From: Lentisphaeria bacterium | Lineage (GTDB): Bacteria > Verrucomicrobiota > Lentisphaeria > JABSQK01 > JAWLHB01 | Direction of reading: 5' to 3' | Length of the DNA: 64,000 bases | Assembly (NCBI GenBank): GCA_041690595.1 | Contig: JAWLHB010000027.1 | Span: 35,729 to 99,728 of the forward strand | Part shown: positions 18,405-27,112 of the stretch, in pieces | Position numbering within the stretch: position 1 is the first letter of the stretch | Layout: each line of letters begins with the position of its first letter | Made by a program: the position numbers and the translations under genes | Notes under the pieces: generated by a model | The model's database searches: none | Seen by the model: only the letters and a program-made list of their open reading frames with translations | What the model was told of the DNA's origin: nothing

Positions 18405-19902
18405 ACTTGTTCCCGAACTTCCAGTTGAAGAGGGTGATGGAGAAGACGAGGACGAAGAGGGCCCAGGCGACGGCCGCGGCAAAGCTGAGGCGCCCGGTCT
18501 CGAAGCCTTCGATATAGATGAAGTAGCTGAGGGTGGTGGTGGCGCCGTCGGGTCCTCCCTTGGTCATGGTGCGCGCCATCTCGAAGCCACCCTGAAGACC
18601 GCCGATGGTGGACATGACGCCGATGAAGAAGGTGGTCGGTGCGAGCTGGGGCCAGGTGACGTGCCAGAAGCGCTGACGGGGGGAAGCGCCGTCGATGTCG
18701 GCGGCTTCGTAGAGTTCCTGTGGCACATTGGTGAGGGCGGCCAGGTAGAGGAGCATGTTGTTGGAGCCCAGGGCGCCCCAGAATCCCATGATCATGAGTG
18801 AGGGTTTTGCCCAGTGGGGGTCGTGCAGCCACTGCGGGGCGGCGAGTCCGTCCGCGGCCATGGCGGGGAGGGCATGCAGAGTTGCGCCAAGGCCGAGGAT
18901 GACGAGCTGGAGTACCATGATCATGAGGGCGTTGATGAGGGCGGTGCCACCGCCGTAGGTGGGAGTGGGTGGATGGTGCTGGCGGCCGCGGATCGCTTTC
19001 AGTGCCCCCTGCCAGAGCAGGATCGCCGCCACGGCAACGATCAGCAGCCATGAGGCGGCGCGGGTGCGTTCCCAGTTCCAGGTTACCAGAGTGGGGATGG
19101 TGAGCAGGATGATCGGCAGGAGCATGGCCCGTCCGCCGAGATCGCCGTCCGCCCAGCTCTGGCGCAACTTGCGGAGAGTCATGGCAAAGAGGGTGGCCAT
19201 GAGCAGGAGGGCAATCCAGAAGGCGCCGCGAAGGAGGCTTGGCGAGAGGAGTTGCACGGCGACAGTCAGGCTGTCCAGCGCTGGCTGGAGGGCGGTGTTG
19301 ATGGGGCCGGTCCGGGGGTTGTAGAGTTTTTTCCAGAGGAGGAAGGTGGCGACACCTGCCGTGAAGTGAGGGGTATAGAAGAAGGTGCGGTAGACGGTGA
19401 CGCCGCCCGTGAGGCCGAGGGCAAGCATGCCGCAGCCCAGGCCGGTGACGAGGATGATCATGGCGCTGGTTCCCATGCCGATGACCGTCAACAGGGCGCA
19501 GCTTGCGATCAGGGCAGAGGCGGCGATGAGCCATAGAAAGGTGCGGCCCCCGCCCGCGCGGGTGTCCTTGCTGAGAAGAATGGCGGCGATGAGTGAGCCG
19601 GCGACAGCGAAGGGAATGCCCATCATCAGGAAAAGGGTGTTGCCGAGGAAACGCACGAAGTCGGCCTCGGTGAAGAGGCGGACGAAGTTGTCGAAGCCGA
19701 CCCAATTGAGGGAGTTGTCCTTGTACATGTTGTGGAGGCGCAGATCCCAGTTGGTGAAGGCAAGGAGGACGCTGAAGAGGACGGGGAAGATGGTGAAGAC
19801 GAGGACGCCGAGGATGTTGGGGCCGAGAAAGCCCATGGCAGTCAGGAACTCGCGCCATCGGCGCCGGGAGGAGCTGGGAGAGGTTTGGCTCACCGTGACC
19901 AT
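18391..19902 (-). CDS. Carbohydrate ABC transporter permease (MalF-like)
   Basis: Multi-TM protein with EAA motif (LYEAADIDGASPRQRFWHVTWPQLAP). Overlaps the SBP gene at its 5' end. Confidence 0.85.
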   Translation of the reverse strand: MVTVSQTSPSSSRRRWREFLTAMGFLGPNILGVLVFTIFPVLFSVLLAFTNWDLRLHNMYKDNSLNWVGFDNFVRLFTEADFVRFLGNTLFLMMGIPFAVAGSLIAAILLSKDTRAGGGRTFLWLIAASALIASCALLTVIGMGTSAMIILVTGLGCGMLALGLTGGVTVYRTFFYTPHFTAGVATFLLWKKLYNPRTGPINTALQPALDSLTVAVQLLSPSLLRGAFWIALLLMATLFAMTLRKLRQSWADGDLGGRAMLLPIILLTIPTLVTWNWERTRAASWLLIVAVAAILLWQGALKAIRGRQHHPPTPTYGGGTALINALMIMVLQLVILGLGATLHALPAMAADGLAAPQWLHDPHWAKPSLMIMGFWGALGSNNMLLYLAALTNVPQELYEAADIDGASPRQRFWHVTWPQLAPTTFFIGVMSTIGGLQGGFEMARTMTKGGPDGATTTLSYFIYIEGFETGRLSFAAAVAWALFVLVFSITLFNWKFGNKYVND

Positions 19903-21359
19903 CCTTTGAAGGTGTAGTACTTGCGGTAAAAGGGATTGGCGATCAGGTCGGAGGGAACGGTCTCGCCGGCGGCCCGCAGCCGTTCGATTTCGGCCTGCTG
20001 AGCGAGTCGCTGCCGGTACAGCGGCTTGAGGTGGGGATTCTCGATCAGGGATCGCGCAATCTCTTCATCGATGCGCCGGGTGGCCAGGCGCGATGCCTCG
20101 GTGGCGGTGAGGCGACCGTTGATGAAGCCGTTCTCGCAATCGGTGAGGTGTCGTTCGAGTACGGCAGTGAGGACGAATTCGGAGCGGATTTGGGGAATGG
20201 CGATGGATCGGGCAGCTTCGGCGAATGCATCGTGAATACCCCATTCGTTGGGGAATTCCGCGGGGCGGCTGAACTCCTCGCGCTCCATGAAGAGCGGGTT
20301 CGGCGGCAGCCCGTCGGCGTCGCGGATGATCTGCATGTTGTAGGGCTCGCCGGCCAGATAGGCGAGGAAGTATCTGGCCAGTTCCTTGTTTTCGCTGCCG
20401 ACATAGATGGAGGCGCAGCGGGTGAAGATCTGGGTATTGGGAAAGCCGCCGTGGGGCGGTTCGGCCAGGCCGAGGTCCAGCGAGCCGAACTTTCGCAGTT
20501 GAATAAGGGCGAATCGCCCCATGGGGAACATGCCGTAGTTGCCTTGGTTGAAGAGTTGCAGGACGGAGCCGGCATAGCCGCTCTCCGTGTCGAAGGATGC
20601 CTGGTCGGCGGCGGTGGGCAGGATATGGTCTTCAAACATCCACTTGTGTTTGAGTTCGAGTGCCGCGGCATAGCGGGGATCGTCGATCGTGCAGCGGGTG
20701 AGGCTTTCGTTGAGGGCGGAGAGCCCCATGCTCTGATAGAGAAGCTGGGTGGGCACGTAGGGAGCGAGAAAGACCATGCGGCGTTGCCCGGGGGGATTGG
20801 CGGCGGCATCGAGTTGTTTGCCGGTGTGCTCGAACTCCTCGAATGTCCAGCGGCCGGTCGGCGGCTCGATGCCATACTTGCGGAAGGTGGCGTTGTTGAC
20901 CCAGAACATGTTGGTGAAGACATTGCAGGGGAAGGCGTACTGCCTGCCGCGGTCAGTGATCGCCGGAACAATGGCCGGGTGGGTCTGCTCAGGGCCGAAG
21001 CTGCCCTCCTGCCCCCATTCGGTGACATCCTGAAGCAGGCCGATGTCGACAAAATAGTGCAGCGGCCCCATGTCCATGATGTCGCTGCCCACGCCGCTGA
21101 CGCCTTGGATGATCTTCTTGCTGACATCCTGATTGGCGGTATCCAGACGCAGTTGTACGACTGGTTTGCCGTCGGCGGTGGTATGCCCTTCGGCCGTCAT
21201 CCAGGCATGGAAAAGCTGAACCTGCTGTTGTCTGGCGGGGTTGGGATCCGTTACCCAGTAGATGACGGGGACCTCGCTCGCCACGTCGGGAAAGGAGAGA
21301 TAGAGGGCGACGCTGCTGAGGAGTAAGAGCACGAAAGAGCAGAGGAGGACGACCTTCAT
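19890..21359 (-). CDS. ABC transporter extracellular solute-binding protein (family 1, sugar-binding)
   Basis: Start MKVVLLCSFVLLLLSS signal/anchor. ~490 aa SBP-sized. In an operon with the two permeases. Confidence 0.8.
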   Translation of the reverse strand: MKVVLLCSFVLLLLSSVALYLSFPDVASEVPVIYWVTDPNPARQQQVQLFHAWMTAEGHTTADGKPVVQLRLDTANQDVSKKIIQGVSGVGSDIMDMGPLHYFVDIGLLQDVTEWGQEGSFGPEQTHPAIVPAITDRGRQYAFPCNVFTNMFWVNNATFRKYGIEPPTGRWTFEEFEHTGKQLDAAANPPGQRRMVFLAPYVPTQLLYQSMGLSALNESLTRCTIDDPRYAAALELKHKWMFEDHILPTAADQASFDTESGYAGSVLQLFNQGNYGMFPMGRFALIQLRKFGSLDLGLAEPPHGGFPNTQIFTRCASIYVGSENKELARYFLAYLAGEPYNMQIIRDADGLPPNPLFMEREEFSRPAEFPNEWGIHDAFAEAARSIAIPQIRSEFVLTAVLERHLTDCENGFINGRLTATEASRLATRRIDEEIARSLIENPHLKPLYRQRLAQQAEIERLRAAGETVPSDLIANPFYRKYYTFKGWSR

Positions 21360-21493
21360 TCGGGCACCTCCACGATGCGCAGCCAGCGCCATCCCTCATC
21401 GAGTCTTGCCAGGCCGGCGTCGGCGGGCACGATCTCGGCGCGGGCGAGGAGGGGTAAGGCGAAGACGAAGACGAGGAGGATGGTTCTCGACAT
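21356..21493 (-). CDS. Small secreted peptide ORF (45 aa) translationally coupled to the SBP gene
   Basis: Hand-translated MSRTILLVFVFALPLLARAEIVPADAGLARLDEGWRWLRIVEVPE. SD-like GAGG 8 nt upstream. Stop TGA overlaps the SBP ATG (ATGA). GC3-rich codons. Only 4 nt after the upstream GH stop. Confidence 0.35.
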   Translation of the reverse strand: MSRTILLVFVFALPLLARAEIVPADAGLARLDEGWRWLRIVEVPE

Positions 21494-21497
21494 GGTA

Positions 21498-24400
21498 TTA
21501 CCTCAGGTAAAGGGAGCCCCACGTGTGGGGTTGTCGGGGCATGGCGCCGGTCTTGGAGAGGGGCCAGTAAATTTCGCTCGTCTGTCCGGAGCGTCCGCCG
21601 CTGCCGGGTATGCTCAGGTTGAGATTAAGGCCAATCCGGCGCTCGCCTGCTGTTTCAAATCCATGCAAGAGGCTGGCGGGAATGAAGAACTCCATGGCGT
21701 AGCCGCTGGCGGTACGAATGGCGGCGGAGCGCAGACCTTCGATATCGTACTGGGTTTCGGGAATCTCGTTGTCCCGTTTCCAGCGGCCCATGTAGACGCG
21801 GTTCTCCGTGAGGATTGGGCAGACCCAGAGCTGGTGATCGGTTGGCGCATAGGCTGTGCGGCTGGCCTTGTCGTTGGCGGTATCGGTGAAGAGTTCGAGG
21901 ACGTTGGCAGTCCAGAACTGCCGCGGGCTGGGCGCACGACCATCGGCGTCTTCGACGTTGACGCCGACGTAGAGTCCGTCGGGTGCATGGGCGAGGCGCA
22001 GTTGGGCGGGTGGTGCGGGGCCGACTTGGCCGAGGGCCCAGCCGGGGATCGTGCTGCCGGTCGGCCAGTCGTCGAAGCTCCCATCCAGCGCGATGCTGTT
22101 GGCGGCGGGGAGAGGCAATGCGCCGGGTCGAATGCCCTTGCGGTCCAATTCGGCGCCGTCCATGGAGAGGATGACGACGTGGGCGGACTCCTCTGGCTGC
22201 CAGTCGAGACTCCAGGTTACAGGGAGCTGAAGCGTTGCCGTCTGGCCGGGCTGAATCTCGTCGATCGTCATCTCTCGATTGGCTGTCTGCCAAGAGGCTG
22301 GGAGGTCGAGGCGGAGACGAAAGGAGCGTGCCAGGAGGGAGTTGTTGCGCACCTGGAGTTGCAGCAGTTCCTCGCCGGGAGCGGCGGAAAGGGGCTGGAC
22401 GTCGAGTTCGGCGGCCGACATGAAGATGAAGCGGACATCCAGACGTTTGGTGGCATCGCCATCGGTGACGAGAATGACGAGGTCGTCCTCGGTCGCCTGG
22501 GCATTGGCCGGCAGGGAGACGTGAATGGGGAAGAGGCGGCTCTCTCCCGGGGGGGCGGTGAGACTGCCCTCAGCCGGAGACACCTGCCAGGTGTCGGGAG
22601 CTTCGACGGTGTAGCTGGCGGAGATGGCGGTGGCGCGGCGGTTGCGGACGCGAAGCTGCACGGTGGTGGCATCGCCGGCGGTGCCGCGGAGGAAGCGGCG
22701 GGTGGCGATGTCGAAGCTGGTCTGGCGCACGATTGGATCATTCTCGTCCAGATCGACCGCCCATAGTGGGGCGAGGGTCAACAGCGCGGGTGCTGCCGTG
22801 AGAGGATTGGCAACATGGTCGTGGAGCTTGCCTGAGGCGAAGCGGGGGGGGACGGAGGGTTTGTCCTTATCGACCTGAAAGGCACAGGCGACGAGACGGC
22901 CTCGGTCGCGGAAGAGGTGGCCCATGCTGTTGGGGCCGAAGTCGAAGGTGCCGAGTGGTTCGGGCAAGAGCAGAAAGTGTGACATGGCGGCCTGGGCGGC
23001 GACAACGGGCTTGGGTTCCCGCTTCTGGTCGAAGATGCCGCACCCATCGAAGAAGGTGTTGGGCTCACCTTCGGTATCGAGGTTCCAGTACCAGAACATC
23101 TTGTCGAGGCCGGCTTGGAGGCCGAGGAGGTTGCCACGCTGCAGGTAGGCGGCCTGTTCGGCTTCGGTGACGATGTGAACGGCGAGGGTGTCCCAGCCGA
23201 ACTCCGTAATCCATGCCTGCCTGTCTCTGCCGTCGCTATCGGCGGCTTGGGCGAGCTCGCGCATGAGATCCCAGACAAGTGCCGGAGGTCCCTCTCCGCC
23301 GCCGGTATTGGCGTTGCGAATGGCGATCTCGGGAGGGGCGGTGCCGCAGTAGAAGTGCGCGTTGACGACATCGATCTCATCGAATGCGCCTCGGGCGATG
23401 CTCTGGCGAACCCGTTCCGGATGAATGCCCGCGGTTCCGTTCTCGACGGCCCAGTCGGTGTTGTCGACGAAGTTAACGGTCTTGCCGAAGAGGGAATGGA
23501 AGTCATCGTAGCTGGTCCAGTTGCGCTGCTCTTCGTCGCGGCGGTAATGAAGGTCGTACTCGTTGTCGATCTCCCAGGCGGTGTACTGGGGGAATGCCCA
23601 GAGGATGTGCAGGAGATCGCGTTTCCACTGCTGGGTTGGCGCCAGGATTCCTTCTTTGACGGGGTGGCTGATGGAATGCATGAGGCAGGCGAGAAGCATG
23701 AGTCCCGATTCTTCCAGTTTGGCGTTCATGCGCGGGTACCATGGCCAGGCGGCGTAGTTGCCGTCGGTGCCCCGAGCGCGGACCATCCAATCGAAGGCAT
23801 AGGCATAGTCTCGAACCCAGGTATAGCCGGTGCGGGCGATGCCGTTGTAGGCAACCCCTTCCTTGCCACCATGAATGTTGATGCCCCATGGACTGCGCAG
23901 TTTCTGTTCCACCGTCAGCTGATGTGGCGCCGGCAGGTAGGCAAAGCGGCTGCTGCCGCTGTAGGCGATGCCGCCATCGAGGGTTACAGAGAGGTTGGCG
24001 CGATAGACGCCAAAGGCGTCGACCTGCAATGGCAGATGGAGCGCCGCGGATTCTTCGATGCGGAAGGGCACTTCGGTCGTGGCGATTGTCGCGTCGTTCA
24101 TGTCCAGAATGGTGCTTCGCATGAGACCCTGCAGCGGCTTGCCGAGCCAGCTGTCGATTCCGACGCGGTAGGCGAGGGCATCGCCGGCAACGAAGATGTT
24201 GCGTTCGAAGCCGCTCTCTACCTTGAGGGAGACGAGTTGATTGACGTCGCCGATGGCGGCGATGTCGGTGTGCAGGCGGAGGTCGTGGAGCAGCAAGGCG
24301 GCATCCGCTTTTTCCTGCTTTCGGCTCCAGTTGTGGGCGACAATGCCACCGAAGGCGATGGGGCGCTCCCACTCGTCGGGCAGGTCGAAGGAGATCTGCT

Positions 24401-24809
24401 GCCATTGGCCGAGGGGGGTAGCGATGGCCTTTTCCAGCTTGGTATTGCCGACCTTGTCGCGGCCCTGTGCATCGATGAAGCGGAGAGCCCAGGAATGGCC
24501 GTCGCTCAGGCGCTTTGCCCAGAGGGTGATCTTGCGGGCATCGCCGGGGATGAGGGCGGAAACGGGGGCGAAGGTGATGTACTGGAAGTCCTTGCCGGAA
24601 TAGGTGGCGGTAAGCTGAAGGGAGGCGGCTTGGGAGGTTGCCTCCGGAGGCCGTTCATCGCTACCGGCAATCTGGCCGTCGGCGGTGTGCCAGTCACTGA
24701 GCTGCCAGTTGTTCGTCTTGGGATCACCGAGGTCGCGGGAGACCAACTCCGCCGCAGCCATGGCGGATGAGCCCAGAAGCAGGATCAGGATGTGTAGAGC
24801 ATGTGACAT
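21498..24809 (-). CDS. Secreted clan GH-A glycoside hydrolase (GH5/GH39-like) with C-terminal CBM9-like module
   Basis: Signal peptide. WEIDNEYD (acid/base-like NE) and AWITEFGWD (nucleophile-like). C-terminal DGSFDDW...LYVGVNVED resembles CBM9. Confidence 0.55.
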   Translation of the reverse strand: MSHALHILILLLGSSAMAAAELVSRDLGDPKTNNWQLSDWHTADGQIAGSDERPPEATSQAASLQLTATYSGKDFQYITFAPVSALIPGDARKITLWAKRLSDGHSWALRFIDAQGRDKVGNTKLEKAIATPLGQWQQISFDLPDEWERPIAFGGIVAHNWSRKQEKADAALLLHDLRLHTDIAAIGDVNQLVSLKVESGFERNIFVAGDALAYRVGIDSWLGKPLQGLMRSTILDMNDATIATTEVPFRIEESAALHLPLQVDAFGVYRANLSVTLDGGIAYSGSSRFAYLPAPHQLTVEQKLRSPWGINIHGGKEGVAYNGIARTGYTWVRDYAYAFDWMVRARGTDGNYAAWPWYPRMNAKLEESGLMLLACLMHSISHPVKEGILAPTQQWKRDLLHILWAFPQYTAWEIDNEYDLHYRRDEEQRNWTSYDDFHSLFGKTVNFVDNTDWAVENGTAGIHPERVRQSIARGAFDEIDVVNAHFYCGTAPPEIAIRNANTGGGEGPPALVWDLMRELAQAADSDGRDRQAWITEFGWDTLAVHIVTEAEQAAYLQRGNLLGLQAGLDKMFWYWNLDTEGEPNTFFDGCGIFDQKREPKPVVAAQAAMSHFLLLPEPLGTFDFGPNSMGHLFRDRGRLVACAFQVDKDKPSVPPRFASGKLHDHVANPLTAAPALLTLAPLWAVDLDENDPIVRQTSFDIATRRFLRGTAGDATTVQLRVRNRRATAISASYTVEAPDTWQVSPAEGSLTAPPGESRLFPIHVSLPANAQATEDDLVILVTDGDATKRLDVRFIFMSAAELDVQPLSAAPGEELLQLQVRNNSLLARSFRLRLDLPASWQTANREMTIDEIQPGQTATLQLPVTWSLDWQPEESAHVVILSMDGAELDRKGIRPGALPLPAANSIALDGSFDDWPTGSTIPGWALGQVGPAPPAQLRLAHAPDGLYVGVNVEDADGRAPSPRQFWTANVLELFTDTANDKASRTAYAPTDHQLWVCPILTENRVYMGRWKRDNEIPETQYDIEGLRSAAIRTASGYAMEFFIPASLLHGFETAGERRIGLNLNLSIPGSGGRSGQTSEIYWPLSKTGAMPRQPHTWGSLYLR

Positions 24810-27112
24810 GATAGACTCCGTTTCGATTGGTCGTGATCCTGCCTGGTGCGAACGCCGATGCGCATGCCGTCCAGCAAGAGAGAGTAGGGTATGGAATCGC
24901 CGTTGTCGATGTGCAGATCGGCATCTACTGTCGCGGTGTCGTCAAAAAGGAAGGTCAGGCGGTTGCCGCGAACGGTTCGAACGGCTCGGCACTGAGGCCG
25001 AAAGGCGCTGGGCAGGCAGGCTTGCACCCGCAGGCCATGGAAGTCGGGGACGATGCTCAGGATGCCGTCCCAAAGGACCTTATTGAACCAGGCGGCGCTG
25101 CCTGTGCGCCACGGGAACATGGCACGCCCGGGATGCGCCGACGCGGTGCCCTCGAAAGCATTGGTGAGGCTGAATGGCTCCAGTTGAGAGCGTTGTGGAG
25201 GGTTGGCCGGATTGGATGGGAGAATCCGGCAAAGCAGATCGAAGGCGGCATCGGGCAGTGCGGCACAGGTGAGAGCGTAGGCATGAAAAAGGCTGGCATG
25301 AACGTAGTTGGCGCCGTTCTCGACGCGGCCCGGCTGGTCGGCGGAGATGCGGCCAAGTCGCTCGTCGTAGGCGGTGAAGGGGGGATCCAGAAGAAGTGGG
25401 CCGAAGGGGGTCTCCAGCCGCCGCGCCACCGTTTGCAGGATGATGCGGCGCCGGGCATCGTCGGCAATTCCGGCGATGATGGCCCATGACTGGGGATTGA
25501 GGAAGATGCGATCGTCGCGGTCGTCGCGACTGCCGATGCGGGTGCCATCGTCGGTGATGGCGCGAATATAGCGGTCGCCGTCGAAAGCGACGGTATCGAT
25601 GCGTTGAGTCAAGGCGTCCGCCTGGTGTGCGTAGATGCCGATGGCGGGATCATCCAGATGGTTGAGCAGGTCGACGAGCTGGCGCAGCGCCCAGACCGTG
25701 GCCATGGAGGTCCAGACGGATTCGCCGCGGCCGGCGCGGTCGACACCGTTGAGGGCGTCATTCCAGTCGCCGTAGCCCATGCGGCAGAGGCCGTTGGGGC
25801 CGCAATGCGAGGCGAGGAAATCCATGGTGCGGCGGGCATGATCGAGGATGGTGGCGCTACCGCCGTCGAGCCATGGGTGGCATTCGCGCAGGAAGTTCAG
25901 ATCGCCGGTCTCGCGGAGATAGTTGACGAGGCAATTGACGAACCAGATGCCGCCGTCGAGGTAGAGCGTGTCATCGATGGCGGCCCATTTGCGTACGGTA
26001 TGGCCGTCGCGGTAGATGTGGCAGGCGGCCTCAAGAAGTCGTTTTCTGACGAGGGAAGGATCGACCATGCGCCAGGCATCGGCATCCTGCATGGCATCGC
26101 GGAATCCCATTGCCCATCCGCGGTTCCATTCGGCATTATAGTGGTGCTGGTGGCGGACCCATATGGTGGCGTAGCGGTCGAAGTCGTGGTTGCCGGAGGC
26201 GAGGTCTGTTGCGCGAAAGAGTGGCGCGCGGCGGCGGGCATGAGCCGCGATGGCCTGGGCATAGAGGTCGTGCCGGCCATACTCTCGGCCACGGGTGCAG
26301 GCATGATCGAAGGTGGTGGCGGAGTAGATCTGGGCGTGGAGGGTCTCGCAGGCGGCGGACGGCAAGTTGAGTCGATAGGGGACGGCGAAGACCGGTGGGC
26401 TGCGATCGGGCATGCTGTTGTCGAAGCGGTCGAGGTGAAGGGCGGCAGGCGACCGCAGGCAACTGTAGGATCGAAGAAAGGCATCGCGGTCAAGTTCGAA
26501 GCGGGTGATGGGCCAGTTGCTGTGCCAGGCTGCGGCGAGGCAGTCGGGCACCCGGGTGGGCGCTTCATTGCAGACGTAGAGGCAGTTGGCGGCGGCATCG
26601 AAGGCGCCTGTGAAGCGGTTGGCATTGCCGGCGCGGCAGGTAAGATCCAGTTCATAGAAGGGAACGACCAGAAGACGGCGAGTCCTGTCGCAGCGGTTGG
26701 TGACGTTGACGCGCCAGATTTCGCAGGCGTCGCACTCATGGACGGTGGTTTCCCAGGTAACGTGGATACCCTGGCGCTCTCCCGCGATGATGGTGTAGTT
26801 GAGTCCATGCCGGCATTGATAGCTGTCGAGATCGGCGTTGACGGGAAACCAGGCAGGGGACCAGGTGTCGCCACTCTCCAGATCACGGATGTAGAGCGCA
26901 CGGTTGCCGGACCAGTTGTAGAGGGAAAAGCGTCCTTGGTGATCGCGCTCGTAGACGATGGCGGTGCCGTGGTTAGTCACCTGCACGGCGAGGTGATCGT
27001 TCCACAGGCGATTCTCCCAGGGGCGTGGCGTCAGCGGCGTCGTGATGACGTATTCATGCCGACTATCGTCGAAGAATCCGTAGGTGTCATTATGGATGTA
27101 TGGGGCGTTCAT
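24785..27112 (-). CDS. (alpha/alpha)6-barrel glycoside hydrolase/phosphorylase, GH94/GH36-superfamily-like
   Basis: ~775 aa cytoplasmic. MGYGDWNDALNG motif resembles the catalytic DW(N)D of GH94-type enzymes. Start at MNAPYIH. Overlaps neighbouring genes on both sides. Confidence 0.45.
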   Translation of the reverse strand: MNAPYIHNDTYGFFDDSRHEYVITTPLTPRPWENRLWNDHLAVQVTNHGTAIVYERDHQGRFSLYNWSGNRALYIRDLESGDTWSPAWFPVNADLDSYQCRHGLNYTIIAGERQGIHVTWETTVHECDACEIWRVNVTNRCDRTRRLLVVPFYELDLTCRAGNANRFTGAFDAAANCLYVCNEAPTRVPDCLAAAWHSNWPITRFELDRDAFLRSYSCLRSPAALHLDRFDNSMPDRSPPVFAVPYRLNLPSAACETLHAQIYSATTFDHACTRGREYGRHDLYAQAIAAHARRRAPLFRATDLASGNHDFDRYATIWVRHQHHYNAEWNRGWAMGFRDAMQDADAWRMVDPSLVRKRLLEAACHIYRDGHTVRKWAAIDDTLYLDGGIWFVNCLVNYLRETGDLNFLRECHPWLDGGSATILDHARRTMDFLASHCGPNGLCRMGYGDWNDALNGVDRAGRGESVWTSMATVWALRQLVDLLNHLDDPAIGIYAHQADALTQRIDTVAFDGDRYIRAITDDGTRIGSRDDRDDRIFLNPQSWAIIAGIADDARRRIILQTVARRLETPFGPLLLDPPFTAYDERLGRISADQPGRVENGANYVHASLFHAYALTCAALPDAAFDLLCRILPSNPANPPQRSQLEPFSLTNAFEGTASAHPGRAMFPWRTGSAAWFNKVLWDGILSIVPDFHGLRVQACLPSAFRPQCRAVRTVRGNRLTFLFDDTATVDADLHIDNGDSIPYSLLLDGMRIGVRTRQDHDQSKRSLSCHMLYTS

